64,000 nucleotides of DNA from an uncultured Planctomycetaceae bacterium (GTDB taxonomy: Bacteria > Planctomycetota > Planctomycetia > Isosphaerales > Isosphaeraceae): positions 5,792,001 to 5,856,000 of the forward strand of contig CAWIAD010000002.1 of NCBI GenBank assembly GCA_963833985.1. Direction: 5' to 3'. The position numbers were made by a program, and so were the translations under genes. The notes under the pieces are model-generated. The model saw nothing but the letters and a program-made list of their open reading frames with translations, did no database searches and was not told the origin of the DNA. Numbering within the stretch: the stretch's first letter is position 1; every line of letters begins with the position of its first letter. Below, in pieces: positions 46,401 through 58,152 of the stretch.

Positions 46401-48813
46401 CAGATCTCCCGGCAGCCTGCCGCGAGCCAGCCTACCGCGAGCCAGCCTGTCAATGGATCGGTGCGCACGGCTGCGGCTGCGTCCCCGGCTTCATCGGCCT
46501 CTCCTGGCGCTGCGCTGGTGCCTCCGGTCGGCCCCGCATCGGCTGCGATCTCTCCGCTCGCGGATCCGCAGAGCCTCGTCTTGCCCCAGCCCGGCCAGCT
46601 CGATCTGACCACATCCGGCAACGGCGAGACACGAGCCATGGACACAGCCACGGCGGTTCCCTGGCGGTCGGCCATCTCCCCCGGAACGGATTTCCGGGCA
46701 CGCGCACTGGCCGAGTACCAGCAGACGATGCGGCAGTTCCTTGATGCCCAGGAGCGAGTCGGCCTCGCGCGGTTCAAGCCCAGGCCCGCGAGGATGATCA
46801 AGGCACGAGACGGGCAGAACCCAGGGGCGTGCCACGACCAGCAGGCACCGGTGCCGCGCTGGGAGTCGCGGCCACTGCCGATCGCGGTGCCTGCGCCCGT
46901 AGCCGTCTCTGTGCCGGCATCCGCGTTGGCATCCGTATCGGCCCCGGCCTCGATGGCGTCTCCGGCGCTCGCACCGGTCAAGACGGCCCACACGACCGGG
47001 CAGGCGAGCGCACCCGACCCGACGCATGGCGGATCACTGGCTCACCCGGTGCCGGCGGCGGAGTGGGTCCCGGTCCACGCTCCAGCCGCTCCCGCCATCG
47101 TCCCGCGTCCGCTTCCTTACCTGGAGACGATCCTCTTCCTCGAGCCGGGGAGCCGACTCTCGGCCGAGTGCGAGCTTGACGTCTCCAGGCACCTGTTTCT
47201 GAGCGATCATACCTTCTTCGGCCGCCAGCTCTCGGTGAGCGATCCGACGCTGAGCTCCTTGCCGATCATGCCCCTGGCCATGACGCTGGAGCTGCTGGCG
47301 GAAGCGGCCGTGGCGCTCAGGCCTGGGCTCACCGTCGTGGCGTTGCGAGATGTCCGAACGTTTCGCTGGGTCCCCTTCGAGACGCCCACCCGGCGCGTCA
47401 GGCTGGAAGCGAAGAGCCGCGATGACAGCCTGCTGGTCGACGTCGCCGCCTACGAGGCTGACCGCGATGGCACCGGCGGCATGATCGCGGAGGCCGAGAT
47501 CGAGCTGGCGGAGTTGCCTGTTCCACTGGGCGAAGCCGTCGTGGCGGATACTGCGACGACTCCCTTCGCGTGGCCCCAGTCCGACATCTACGAGTGGATG
47601 CTGATCAACGGCCCGGCGCTGCAAGGCATCAACTCGATCGACGCTTGCGACCCCCACGGAGTTCGCGCGAGTCTCCGACCCCCTGAACCCTCCTTGCTGC
47701 GGCCCATCGACCGCCCGGGCGCGCTGGTCTTGCCCGCCAGCGCCATCGACCTGGCCGGCCAGCTCATCGGGCTTCAGGCGGTTCACTCGCTGGACGGAGA
47801 CCATCTCCCGGTCATCTATCCCAATCACTTCGCGTCCCTGGAGCTGGGACCCCTGCCCCCTGCCGGTGCATCGCTGGTGGGCATCGCCCGGGTCGACATG
47901 AGCGAGGCCGAGGTCGATTGTGACGTCGAGATCAAGGATGCTGATGGCGGAGTGCTGCTGCGCATCCTCGGCTGGCGCCATGAGCGCGTGAGGCTGCCGC
48001 GCAGCGTCTACTCCTACTGGTCTGCACCGCGGCAGATTGTGCTCTCCGAGATGATCACGGAGCAGTTCCAGGGGATACCGGGGGTCGACTCCTGTGCCGT
48101 CACCGCGATTGACATGTCCTCCGGAAGAGTGCTGCTTCAGCGGCTCTGGAGCCAGGTGCTCGCCCGGATGATCCTGGGCCGTGAGGAGCGCCGGCTCTTT
48201 GGCGAGCTGAAACTTCCGCCGCTGGCCGCGGTCTCGTGGCTGCTGGGGCGGGCCGCCGTCAAGGATGCGGTGCGGGCGCTGCTGCGCGGAGTTGTGCATG
48301 GCCGACGTCCCTGTCCTCTCCGGTGCACACGGGGAGCCACTGGTCCGGCTGCCCGCGGCAACTGCGCCGGTGGTCAGCCTGGCGCACAAGGGCTTGCATG
48401 CCGTGGGCATCGCCGCCGATCCCGGCCGGTTTCACGGCGTGGGGATCGACATCGAGCCGCGGGGTCCCATGGACGCCGGAGTGCTCGAGGACGCCTTCGA
48501 CGCGTCCGAACGCCGGCTCATCGAGGGGGCGGCCCGCACCTCGGCCGAGCCGGCGGAGGTCTGGTACCTTTCGGCTTGGTGCTGCAAGGAGGCCGTCGGC
48601 AAGGCACTCGGCCGGGGCGTCGCCGGCGGGCCAAGAAGTCTTGAGCTCAAAGCGGTCGATTGCACGACCGGCCGCCTGTCACTGGGGCTCCGCGGCGCCC
48701 TGGCGGCCGCATTGCCGGAGTTCTCGGGCCGTGATCGCAGCATCGACGCTTATCGCCGTACGGTCGGTCCCCATGTCATTGCCGTCTGTCTGCTTGAAAC
48801 GGAGCACCGGTGA
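43494..48813 (+). CDS. PKS2: KS-AT-DH(double hotdog)-Sfp-type PPTase with no ACP; frameshift at ~48285
   Basis: TGATG overlap with PKS1; KS: DAACSSS, EAHGTG, KSMLGHL; AT: GHSSG, RAYHT; DH: SDHTFFG...PIMP; PPTase: WLLGRAAVKDAVR, SLAHKG, GIDIE, WCCKEAVGKA. Confidence 0.92.
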
Positions 48814-48881
48814 GCTGAGCGAGCCGGTTTGTTCGCAAGGTTCGCGGGTTCTTGCTGCTTCATCTGTCCGGGGGTTTGCTC

Positions 48882-50470
48882 ATGAGAACGGTTCTCTTCG
48901 GCCTTGACGGAGCGACGTACACGGTCCTCGAGCATCTCATCGCCGAGGGAGTGATGCCCAACCTGGCGGCGTTCCAGGACGAGGGTTGCAAGGGCACGCT
49001 CCTGTCCACGCCCCATCCGCTCACGCCACAGGCCTGGACCACCCTGGCGACGGGCCGCAGCGCGGGCCACCACGGGATCCACGACTTTCTGCGCCCCGAG
49101 ACCAAGGCGGGCGGGGTTTTCTGGCGGGTCAACGACGCCCGCGACATCCACTGTCAGACCATCTGGCAGCATGCCTCGCGGCAAGGCAAGCGCGTGACGG
49201 TGCTGAACTACTATGGCACCTCGCCTCCCCTGCCGATCCAGGGCCACTCCATTCCGGCGTTTGTCACCGGGCGTCATCTCAGGCGGTCCAGCTACCCCGC
49301 CGACATCCTCGGCCGACTCCAGGGGCTGGAAGGGTTTGACGTCAACATCATCGGCCTCGATGCCGACAAGGAGGTCGAGGCGCTTCAGGACATGGAGCCC
49401 GATCGTTGGTGCGGCTGGATCGAGCACCATATCCGCCGCGAGCGTGCCTGGTTCGCGGCGCTCGAGCACCTCATGATGCATGAGCCCAGCGACCTCACGG
49501 CCATCGTCTTCGACGGCGTGGACCGGATCCAGCATCTGGCCTTCCGATTTCTCGACCCCGCGCTCATCCCCCAGGATCCGACGCCCTGGGAAGCCGAGGT
49601 GATCGCCCTCTGCCGCGCCTATTTCCGGCAAATCGATGATTTCCTGGGCCGGACGGTGCGGATTCTCGGCGATTCGGGACGGGTCTTCATTGCCTCGGAC
49701 CACGGGTTCACCGCCAGCCGCGACATCGTCTACATCAACAAATGGCTGGCCGAGCAGGGCTGGCTGCACTGGCGCGCGGCGCGGCCGTCGATGAGAAGCA
49801 TGCCATCTACAAGAAGGAGCTGGCGTCGGTCACCAACGACATTGATGTTTCGCGGACGAGGGCCTACGCGCTGACGCCAAGCTGCATCGGCCTCTACATC
49901 ACCGTTCCGCCCGACGATTACGAACCGTTCCGTGAAGAGCTGATCGCCCGGCTGCAAACGCTCAAGGCGAGCGACGGCGAGCCTCTGGTCGAGCAGCTTT
50001 TCCGCCGTGAAGACGCGTTCTCGGGACCGTTCCTCGGACGCATTCCGGACGTGAGCATGCGGTTCCGCGGCGGCGCGTGTCTGTCCGTGTTGAACGCGGA
50101 AAGCGTCGTGGTCACGCGCGATCGGCCCGTCGGCACACATCATCCGCACGGCGTGCTGCTGGGCCGCGGTCCCGGTGTTCGTCGGGGCGCCACGGCCGGG
50201 CTGATGAACATCCTCGACGTGGCTCCGCTGCTGCTGCACAGCCTGGGCCTGGAGATCCCCCTGGAATACGAGGGGACGTTCCCCAATCGCCTGTACGACC
50301 CGGGTTATCTGCGGAGCGACCCGCCCCGGATCGGCCAGGAGGCCGGAGAGCCGGTCGTCGCGGCCGGGCCCGAGCACGGGACGGTCGTCGAAGAGCGTGG
50401 CGAACTGCTCGACGAGGACGACAAGGCCGGCGTGCTCGAACGGCTCCGGAGCCTGGGTTACGTCGAGTGA
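48882..50470 (+). CDS. Alkaline phosphatase superfamily protein (nucleotide pyrophosphatase/phosphodiesterase-like), copy 1; frameshift at ~49775
   Basis: LFGLDGAT, PLTPQAWTT (Thr nucleophile region), DRIQH, SDHGF, GTHHPHG, C-terminal ERLRSLGYVE. Confidence 0.9.
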
Positions 50471-50534
50471 ACAGGGCGGCGCGAATGCAGTGCTCTGGAA
50501 GAAAGTTGCTGGTTTTCCGAGGTCAGAAACGGTC

Positions 50535-53175
50535 ATGCGAGTGAACCTGGACGATCGCCAGTCTACAGAGTCGACACCCCTGACCAGGGGAGCGCGCCGT
50601 ACCCGGTCGCGCGGGCTCTGTACGGGCCACTTCCGCAAGGTGGCCGAGGGGGGCTTCGGCGATCCGGCCAACTCGTACGCCTACAGCTACGCCTGGTATG
50701 ATGATCATCTCTACATTGGCACGATCCGCAACCTGCTGGTCCTGATCAAGAAGCGGCTGCCCCTGGATACGCCCAGCGTGTGCTGGCCGGTTCCGCTACC
50801 CGATTCCGACGACGACGTGGACCTCTGCGCCGAGATCTGGCGCTATTCGCCAAGAACCGCGCAATGGCAGCGAGTCTATCGCTCGCCCTTGACCACAGGC
50901 GTCGAGGGGAGGACGGTGCCCCTCTCCTCGGGGTTTCGCAACATGGCCGTCTTTCAAGGCAAGAGCGACCGCCGCCCGGCGATCTACACCGTGGCGAGCT
51001 GCGGGACCTTCGGACTGGGACCGGTCCTCCTGCGATCTCCCGACGGCGTCGAATTCGGAGTGGTGACCGAGCCGGGGATGGGTCTGGGCGACACGCGAGT
51101 CACCACGTTCCGGGGCGTGCTGCCGTTCAAGGACTGGCTGTTCATGGCTCCGGTCGGATCGCGGGGCGGGTACTGCAACATGTCCTACAACGCCGTGATC
51201 CTGTGCAGCCAGGACCCGGCCGCCTCACACTTCGAGCTCAGCAACCAACCCGGGTTCGGCGACCCCACGAACATGGGCATCTACGACTTCTGCGTGAACG
51301 GGAATTATCTCTACGCCAGCACTGCGAACTTTCGCGAAGGCTTCCAGCTCTGGCGCACCGATGCGGAGGGCCCTCCTCCGCACCGCTGGGAGAAGATGCT
51401 CGATCACGGCGCGGATCGGGGCCCGTTCAACGAGGCGGCCATCTGCCTGGCCAGCTTCCAGGACGACGTCTACATGGGGACGGCCATCCAGAACGGCGGG
51501 TTTGACCAGATCAACCAGATTGGCCCCGCGGCCGGCGAGGTCATCCGGATGCACCCCGACGGCCGCTGGGACCTGGTGGTCGGCGAGCCGCGGATGACCC
51601 GGCAGGGATTCAAGGCACCCACCAGCGGCATGGGCACGGGCTTCGACAACCCCTTCGCCGGCTATATCTGGAGGATGTGCGCGCATGATGGGTCGATCTA
51701 CGTCAGCACTTACGATTCGTCGTCCTTCCTTCCTTTCTCCGAACCCGAACGGTGGCCGACCTGGAGCCGCAAGCTGGTTGATCCCGAGCTCATGAACCGG
51801 TTCATGGAGCTGCGCGGGGGCTGCGAGCTCTGGAGAAGCAACGACGGCGACAACTGGGTGGCCGTCACCCGCAACGGCTTCGACAATCCCTACAACTACG
51901 GCTTCCGCACGCTCCTCTCCAGTCCGGTCGGCCTGTTCGTGGGCTCGGCCAATCCCTTCGGACCCAAGGTGGCCGTCTGGGGCGGTTCCGGCTGGCGCTG
52001 ATGAGGATAACCCCCGAGGCGGCATCGAGGTCTGGCTCGGCTCTCTGGAGCACGCCGGCCAGGACCATCCGGACGCGACTCCGCCGCGCCACGGCGATAC
52101 GACCTTCTGGCTGCGCACGGACGACCGGGTCGCCAGCGGCTTCCTGTCATCGCTCCTGGAGAGCCCCAGCGTCAACGGCAACGGTCACGCCAACGGTCAC
52201 GGTAAGGGCCCGATTCACGCGGCCGGGGCGGTGGAGACTGCCGAGGAGAGTGCGCAGCACCTGCTCGGCGCGCTGCTTGACGGGCTTTGCTCCGACGCGG
52301 CGGATCCGCCCCCGCCGATCCACGACTATCTTCAGGTCCGGTCCGGCCGCGACCGTCGCTGGGAGTACGATCCCGTCCGCCGACTCACCGGGTTCGACTC
52401 TGACCTGATTGGCCTGGTGGACGACCTCGACGAGGAACTGAACGAGTTCTACGGCGGCGCGGATCTGCGGAACGTGGGATTCTGGACGCGGGACACGCAG
52501 ATCCCGCGGTCGGCTTGCCGCCAGTTGATCGAGGAGCTGATCTGCCTGGCCAGATCCTCCAGTCCCGGGGCCGAGTTCCAGCCGTCGACGGTTCTGGCAG
52601 TCGGAGCGGGAGCCATGTCCATCGCCCGGATCGTGCGGGAGCAGTGGCCCGGGGCGCAATGCACCGCGGTGCTTGGCGACCTGGAACTGGACAACCCGAA
52701 CCTCCACCCGGGCATCGTACCGCTGGCTGCCACGCCCGGCCGCCTGCCTGCCGCCGACGGTTCGTGCGACCTGCTGATCTGGGTTGAAAATCCACTCTCC
52801 CTGGACCAGGAAGCGGCGTGCCGGGAAGCAGGGCGTGTGCTCCGGCCCGGCGGCCGGCTGGCGGCCTCGGTGCTGGCCGGCATCCCGCTGGACCGGGAAT
52901 ACGAGCTCTTGCAGCACGCCGATGGGCCCAGCCTCGCCGAGGAGTACGCGGCACGACTGGAGCAGAGGGGCCTGGGCGCCGTCCGCGTTCTGGATGTCAG
53001 CGCACGAAGCTGGATCCCGTTCTTCCGCTACAGCCGCGAGTTCTTCTCGTCCAAGTTGATGTTCCAGCAGATCGACCAGGAGCAGCACGACCGCATTCTT
53101 GGCACTTTACCCGGAGGTGGGTTGGCCGTCGTGGCCTACCTGCTCGTGACTGCCGCGAAGCCCCAGGAGCCGTGA
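50535..53175 (+). CDS. Beta-propeller-like repeat protein fused to a class I SAM methyltransferase-like domain; one extra base at ~52000
   Basis: Repeats of GF(G/D)(D/N)PxN...LYxxT; removing one G in cgctgatgag gives WRYEDNPRGGIEVWLG, which is open into the 52231 frame (NVGFW, LPAADGSCD, RVLRPGGRL). Confidence 0.75.
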
Positions 53176-53179
53176 GACC

Positions 53180-54082
53180 ATGCCAGTTCTTCAAAACGTG
53201 AATACAACTTACGAGCCGTTTAGCCGCGAGCCCGAGTACATCGAGGCGAACCAGCAGTTCGTGAGGCGGATTCCTCTCGCGCACGTCGGCCGGTTCCTGG
53301 ACCTGGCCTGCGGCACCGGCACGGTCAGCCGGTTGCTCCTGGAGGAGGCGCCTCGGGCGTTCCTGAACGGCGTCGATCTGGACCCGGTGCAGATCGAGCT
53401 TGCGACCGAGGAGTTCGCTGAGCTTGGCTATGAGGTGCGCCATGGCTTTGACCTGGCGGACGAGATCGTCAGGGGCAAGCCGGTGGTCACGCTCGCGGTG
53501 GGAAGCGCCGATGAGCTGCTCTTCCCGGACGCCAGCTTCGATTGCGTCACGATCGCCAATGCGATTCACATGATGCCCGACAAGGCAAAGTTCCTCCGCG
53601 AGGTCCACCGGGTGCTCAAGCCGGGTGGAGTGTTCGGCTTCAACTCGTCCTTCTACGCGGGGACCTATCCCGCAGGGACGGAGCGCCACGGTTTCATCTG
53701 GCTCCGCGAGGCCAAGCTCTACATCGACCGGCTCAACGAACAGCTCAAGGCCGAAGGGCGGACCGGGGAGCTGATCCGCCGCGTCCACGGAACGACCCGG
53801 GCCGCTTTCCAGAACCGCTGGTACAGTCCTCAGGAGTGGTCGAGCCTGCTCCAGGCGGCGTCACTTCAGGTCCACGACGTCCATGAGCGGGTGGTGATGA
53901 TGGACGAGCGCTGTCTCGCGGCCGTCGGCGCCTACGGGGGGCTGGCCGAGGTGCTCATGAGCGGCTACCCGGTCGAGGCGGCCTCCACGGCGCTCCAGGC
54001 GACCGCCGGGGCTGGCCTCCAAGAGCTGGGGGTCGCCGCCATCCCGCGCAACTGGCTGGAGGTCTGGGCGGTCAGGCCGTGA
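53180..54082 (+). CDS. Class I SAM-dependent methyltransferase
   Basis: FLDLACGTG, GVD, FPDASFD, RVLKPGG. Confidence 0.9.
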   Translation: MPVLQNVNTTYEPFSREPEYIEANQQFVRRIPLAHVGRFLDLACGTGTVSRLLLEEAPRAFLNGVDLDPVQIELATEEFAELGYEVRHGFDLADEIVRGKPVVTLAVGSADELLFPDASFDCVTIANAIHMMPDKAKFLREVHRVLKPGGVFGFNSSFYAGTYPAGTERHGFIWLREAKLYIDRLNEQLKAEGRTGELIRRVHGTTRAAFQNRWYSPQEWSSLLQAASLQVHDVHERVVMMDERCLAAVGAYGGLAEVLMSGYPVEAASTALQATAGAGLQELGVAAIPRNWLEVWAVRP

Positions 54083-54211
54083 TCGGCAAGACCGGCTCTG
54101 GTGATGGGTTCTCTTGATCCTTGCAAGTGCAGCAGGTCCGGCCGACGGGCGGCCGGCCGATTCCGTTCTCTCGCGGTGGTTTCACCGTTTCATCTTTCGG
54201 AGGCATTGTTC

Positions 54212-54523
54212 ATGTCCCGCGAAACGCTCAGCGCAAAGCACACTCAGCAGGAAGTGTTCCAGAACATCGTCGGCATCCTCCAGGACATGACCAGCGACTG
54301 GGAGGCGGCCTACGACGGAGGGATCCAGCCCGGGACGCGGCTCATCGCCGATCTCGGATTCGAATCGATCGACGTCGTGCAGCTCGTGGTCGCCATCGAG
54401 GAAGCCTACCAGAGCCGCTCTCTGCCGTTCGAGAAGCTGCTCATGGCCGACGGACGCTATGTCGATGAGCTGTCCGTGAGCCAGATTGTTGATTTCCTGG
54501 TTGCCAACCTGAACGCGCAGTGA
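54212..54523 (+). CDS. Stand-alone acyl carrier protein
   Basis: GGAGG ribosome-binding site; TRLIADLGFESIDVVQLVVAIEE...SVSQIVDFL. Confidence 0.88.
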   Translation: MSRETLSAKHTQQEVFQNIVGILQDMTSDWEAAYDGGIQPGTRLIADLGFESIDVVQLVVAIEEAYQSRSLPFEKLLMADGRYVDELSVSQIVDFLVANLNAQ

Positions 54524-54534
54524 GGATCCGTGGG

Positions 54535-54561
54535 TCAGGCCCTGGCACGGCCGGGGCCTGA
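54535..54561 (+). other. Strong intra-operon RNA hairpin just after the ACP gene
   Basis: TCAGGCCCTGGC-ACG-GCCGGGGCCTGA, a 12-bp stem with one G-U pair and no U-tract. Confidence 0.55.
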
Positions 54562-54675
54562 ACCTGGACCCCGACCACCCGGAGTACCGGCGCAGGCAAG
54601 CTTATCTGCTCATGACACGACACCGAGGGGCGAGCCGGCCAGGAACGCCAGCCCCCGCGCTTTCGAGGCGAGCTT

Positions 54676-56254
54676 ATGAATTCGACGATCTTGATCGGCA
54701 TCGATGGGGCCACCTTCACGATCCTGGACCGCCTGATCGCCGAGGGCGCCATGCCCACCCTCAAGGCGCTCCAAACCCGGGGCGTACGCGCCGAACTCCT
54801 CTCCACGCCCCACCCGCTGACTCCCCCGGCATGGACCACGCTCATGACCGGCCGGAGCCCGGGCAATCACGGCATCTTCGACTTTCTCCGCAGCGAGGTC
54901 CGCGGGAACGGGGCGTTCTTCACGCTCAACAATTTCCGCGACATCCAGTGCGAGACCATCTGGTCGATCATCAGCCGGCAGGGAGGCAAGGTCCTCTCGC
55001 TCGGCTTCCCGCTCATGGCCCCTCCTCCCCCGGTCCACGGCGCGATCGTTCCGGGCCTGCTCTCCTGGCGCCATCTAAGACGCAACGTGCATCCCGCCGG
55101 GCTGTATGACGAGCTCGATGGCGCTGCCCGGACTGGACGCCAAGGAGCTGTCATGGGATTTCGAGAAGGAGAAGGCGATCCGGTTCATGCCCGAGGAGGA
55201 ATTCGCTTCCTGGGTGCGGCAGCACACCGCGCGTGACCGGCACTGGTTCGCCATCCTGCGCCATTTGCTCATGAAGGAAACCTACGACCTGATCGCCGTG
55301 ATGTTCGATGGCACCGACAAGCTCCAGCACGGCTGCTGGCGCGTGCTCGATCCGGAGTGCGCTCCGGAGCATCCCAACGAGGCCGAGCGCGACATTCGCG
55401 AAGCCTGCGTGGAGTATTTCCGCCATCTCGATTCGCTGATCGGCAAGATCATCGAGCTGGGCAACGCGGACGCCCGGGTCTTCATCGCCTCGGACCACGG
55501 CTTCGGCCCCACCGAGCGGTTCTTCCGCGTGAACAAGTGGCTGGAGCAACAGGGTTACCTCGCCTGGAAGTCGCCGGGCAAGAAACGGAAGCCCAGCGAG
55601 AACCTTTATGTCGACCTGGACTGGGAGCACACGGTCGCCTTTGCACCCAGCATGGCGACCAACGGCATCCACATCCGGGTGCAGGACGAGACGAACCCGA
55701 CCGGAGTGCCGGCGGCGGAGTACGAATCCTTCCGGGCCAAGCTGATGGCCGAGCTCCGTGAGATCCGCGACCCGATCAGGGGCGTGCCCATGGTGCGCGA
55801 CATCTTGCTGCGCGAGGAGGTCTTCCCGGGAGTGCACCAGGGGAAGGCGCCGGACCTGACGCTGGTGCTCTACGATTACGGGCTGATCGCCACCTCGGAC
55901 GAGGAGCCCATCATCGAGCCGCGCGACAAGATCGCCGGAATGCACCGTCCCGAGGGCGTTTTCTACGCCTGCGGCCCCGGCATCATCGAGGGCCGGGCGG
56001 TCGAGCAGCAGTCGATCACCGACATCGCGCCGACCTTGCTGTACAGCCTGGGCCTGCCGATCCCGGCCGACTTCGAGGGGGGGATCATCGCCTCGGCCTT
56101 TGAACCGGGGCATCTCGCCGAGCATCCGGCCACCATCGGCCCGGAGACCATCGCGCCGGCCAGCTACGTGGCCCGCCGGGCAGCCCACGAGCTGGAGGCC
56201 GACGCCGAAGAATCGGTCATCGACCGGCTGCGTGCACTGGGTTACGTGGAATGA
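54676..56254 (+). CDS. Alkaline phosphatase superfamily protein, copy 2 (paralogue of 48882-50470); frameshift at ~55118
   Basis: IGIDGAT, PLTPPAWTT, DKLQH, SDHGF, GMHRPEG, C-terminal DRLRALGYVE. Confidence 0.9.
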
Positions 56255-58077
56255 CGGAAGCGAGGATCGCGCGTTCCCTTCATCGATCGAACCGTTCATC
56301 CAGGCCGGTGAGGTCGGTCAGTGCGAGCGGTCCGAAGGCTGAGGAGACTTTGACGGTGGGCGCGAGCTTGCAGGGTCAAGTTGCGATCGTCACGGGGGGC
56401 GGCTCGGGCATTGGCCGGGCCGCCTGCCTGGCCCTGGCACGCGCAGGTGCGCAGGTGCTCGCCGTGGGCCGCAACCGCGACCGGCTGGATGAGACCGTCG
56501 CCCTCATCGAGCAAGAGCCCGCGCCCTGCCCGGTCCGTGTGCGGGCGCTTCCTTGCGCTGCCGACGTGCGGGAGGAGGCCGGCGCCCGGGCCATGGCCGA
56601 TCGTGCGCTCGACTCGTTCGGGCGGATCGATATCCTGGTGTGCGCGGCCGGGATTCTACGGTCCGAGGGCGCTGCGGTTCGCCCCGTCGCCCGTCTGCCC
56701 TTGCAGGCCTGGAGCGAGGTGCTGGACATCAACCTGCGGGGCACGTTCCTGTGCAACCATGCTGTCCTTCCGGTGCTTCTTGCACAGCATTCCGGGAACA
56801 TCGTCAACCTGTCGTCCATGGCCGCCCAGCTCGGGTTCGCCTACGATGCCGCCTACTGCGCCTCGAAATGCGGGATCATCGGCTTCAGCGAGTCGCTGGC
56901 CCAGGAAGTCCAGTCGCGCGGGGTCCGCGTGCAGGTGCTGGTGCCCGGGGCATTCGCGACCGCGCTCATGCACCGGCGCTTCAACGGGGGGGAACAGGGC
57001 GGCACGGAAAACCCAATGCTCCGCCAGATCCCTCCCCCCGCGCGTGGGGGACATGATCGTCCATCTTGTGGCCATGGCGCCCGAGGTTCGCCTGGTGCGC
57101 CCCGTGATCACGCCACTGGTCTGGCCCACGGATACGGGCTGGCGGAGCCAGGGCTCGCGGAATATCGACCGGGACCAGGGCGGCGATGCGTTCTCGCAAC
57201 GAGCTTGCCACTCGAAAGACCGCCCTGCCATACTAGAGTGCCCTACGGAGCATCCCATGTCCGAGTATGCGCTGACATCATCGAGCAACCTGGACGGCCG
57301 CGTCGTCATCGTCACCGGCGGAACGGGCGGGCTGGGCCTGGCCACGTGCCGCGCGGCCGTTCTGGAAGGTGCCTCCGTGGTTGTCGCGGATCTGAGCGAC
57401 GAGCGGCTGGAGGCGGCCGTCCGCGAGCTGGGTTCCCTGTGCAAGCCAGGTGCCGGCGTCCTGTCCATGAGGGTCGACGTCCGCTCGGAGAGCGACACCG
57501 CGGCCATGGCCGAGAAGACCGTGGAGCGGTTCGGCCGGATCGATGCCCTGGTCGCCTGCGCGGGGATCCTCCGCAAGTGTGGCACCTCGCCCAAACCGGT
57601 GGTGTCCATGACCGTGGAAGAGTGGGATGAGATCCTGGGAGTGAACCTGAAGGGCATCTTCTTGACGAACCGCGCCGTGCTCCCACGGATGATCGAGCAG
57701 CGCGAGGGGACGATCATCAATGTCTCTTCAACGTCGGGCCTGACCGGCCGGGCGCATGACGGCGCTACTGCGCCTCCAAGTTCGGAGTCAACGGGCTGTC
57801 CAAGTCCATCGCCGACGAGGTACGAAGCTACGGTGTGAAGGTTCTGGCCATCATGCCCGACGCGATCGATACGCCGATGTGGGAACAGAACCACCCTGTC
57901 CCTCCCCCGGGCAACGCCTTACCGCCGGAGCATGTCGCCGACCTGATCCTGTTCTTGCTCAAGCAACCCAGGGATGTGGTTCTGTCCGACCCGGTGATCA
58001 TGCCGCTGGGAGTGCGCCGCCGCAAGCCGGCGGGCCGGCCGGCCCCGGACGTGAACTCCTCACACCTCCCCGCGTGA
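56251..58077 (+). CDS. Tandem SDR oxidoreductase(s): two SDR domains, apparently one reading frame after correcting indels at ~57035 and ~57765; the second domain has its own GGAG and ATG at 57257
   Basis: Domain 1: VTGGGSGIG, YCASK; domain 2: VTGGTGGLG, and YCASK after correction. Confidence 0.85.
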
Positions 58078-58152
58078 TCGATCAATCCGGAGGGTTGGCA
58101 TTGTTGCTCAGCGACTCGTCCCTCCAGTACCCGGATGCAGAAGGTCACTCCC

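Noticed and set aside
34327..48813. Canonical PUFA synthase (pfaABCD) or enediyne PKSE
   Set aside because: No KS-CLF or FabA-type DH pair as in PfaC; no cis KS-AT-ACP-KR-DH-PPTase or PKSE-associated thioesterase cassette
54590..54612. Sigma-54 promoter (GGCAAG...TGC) before the second AlkP gene
   Set aside because: The GG-to-GC spacing is 11 nt rather than the required 10
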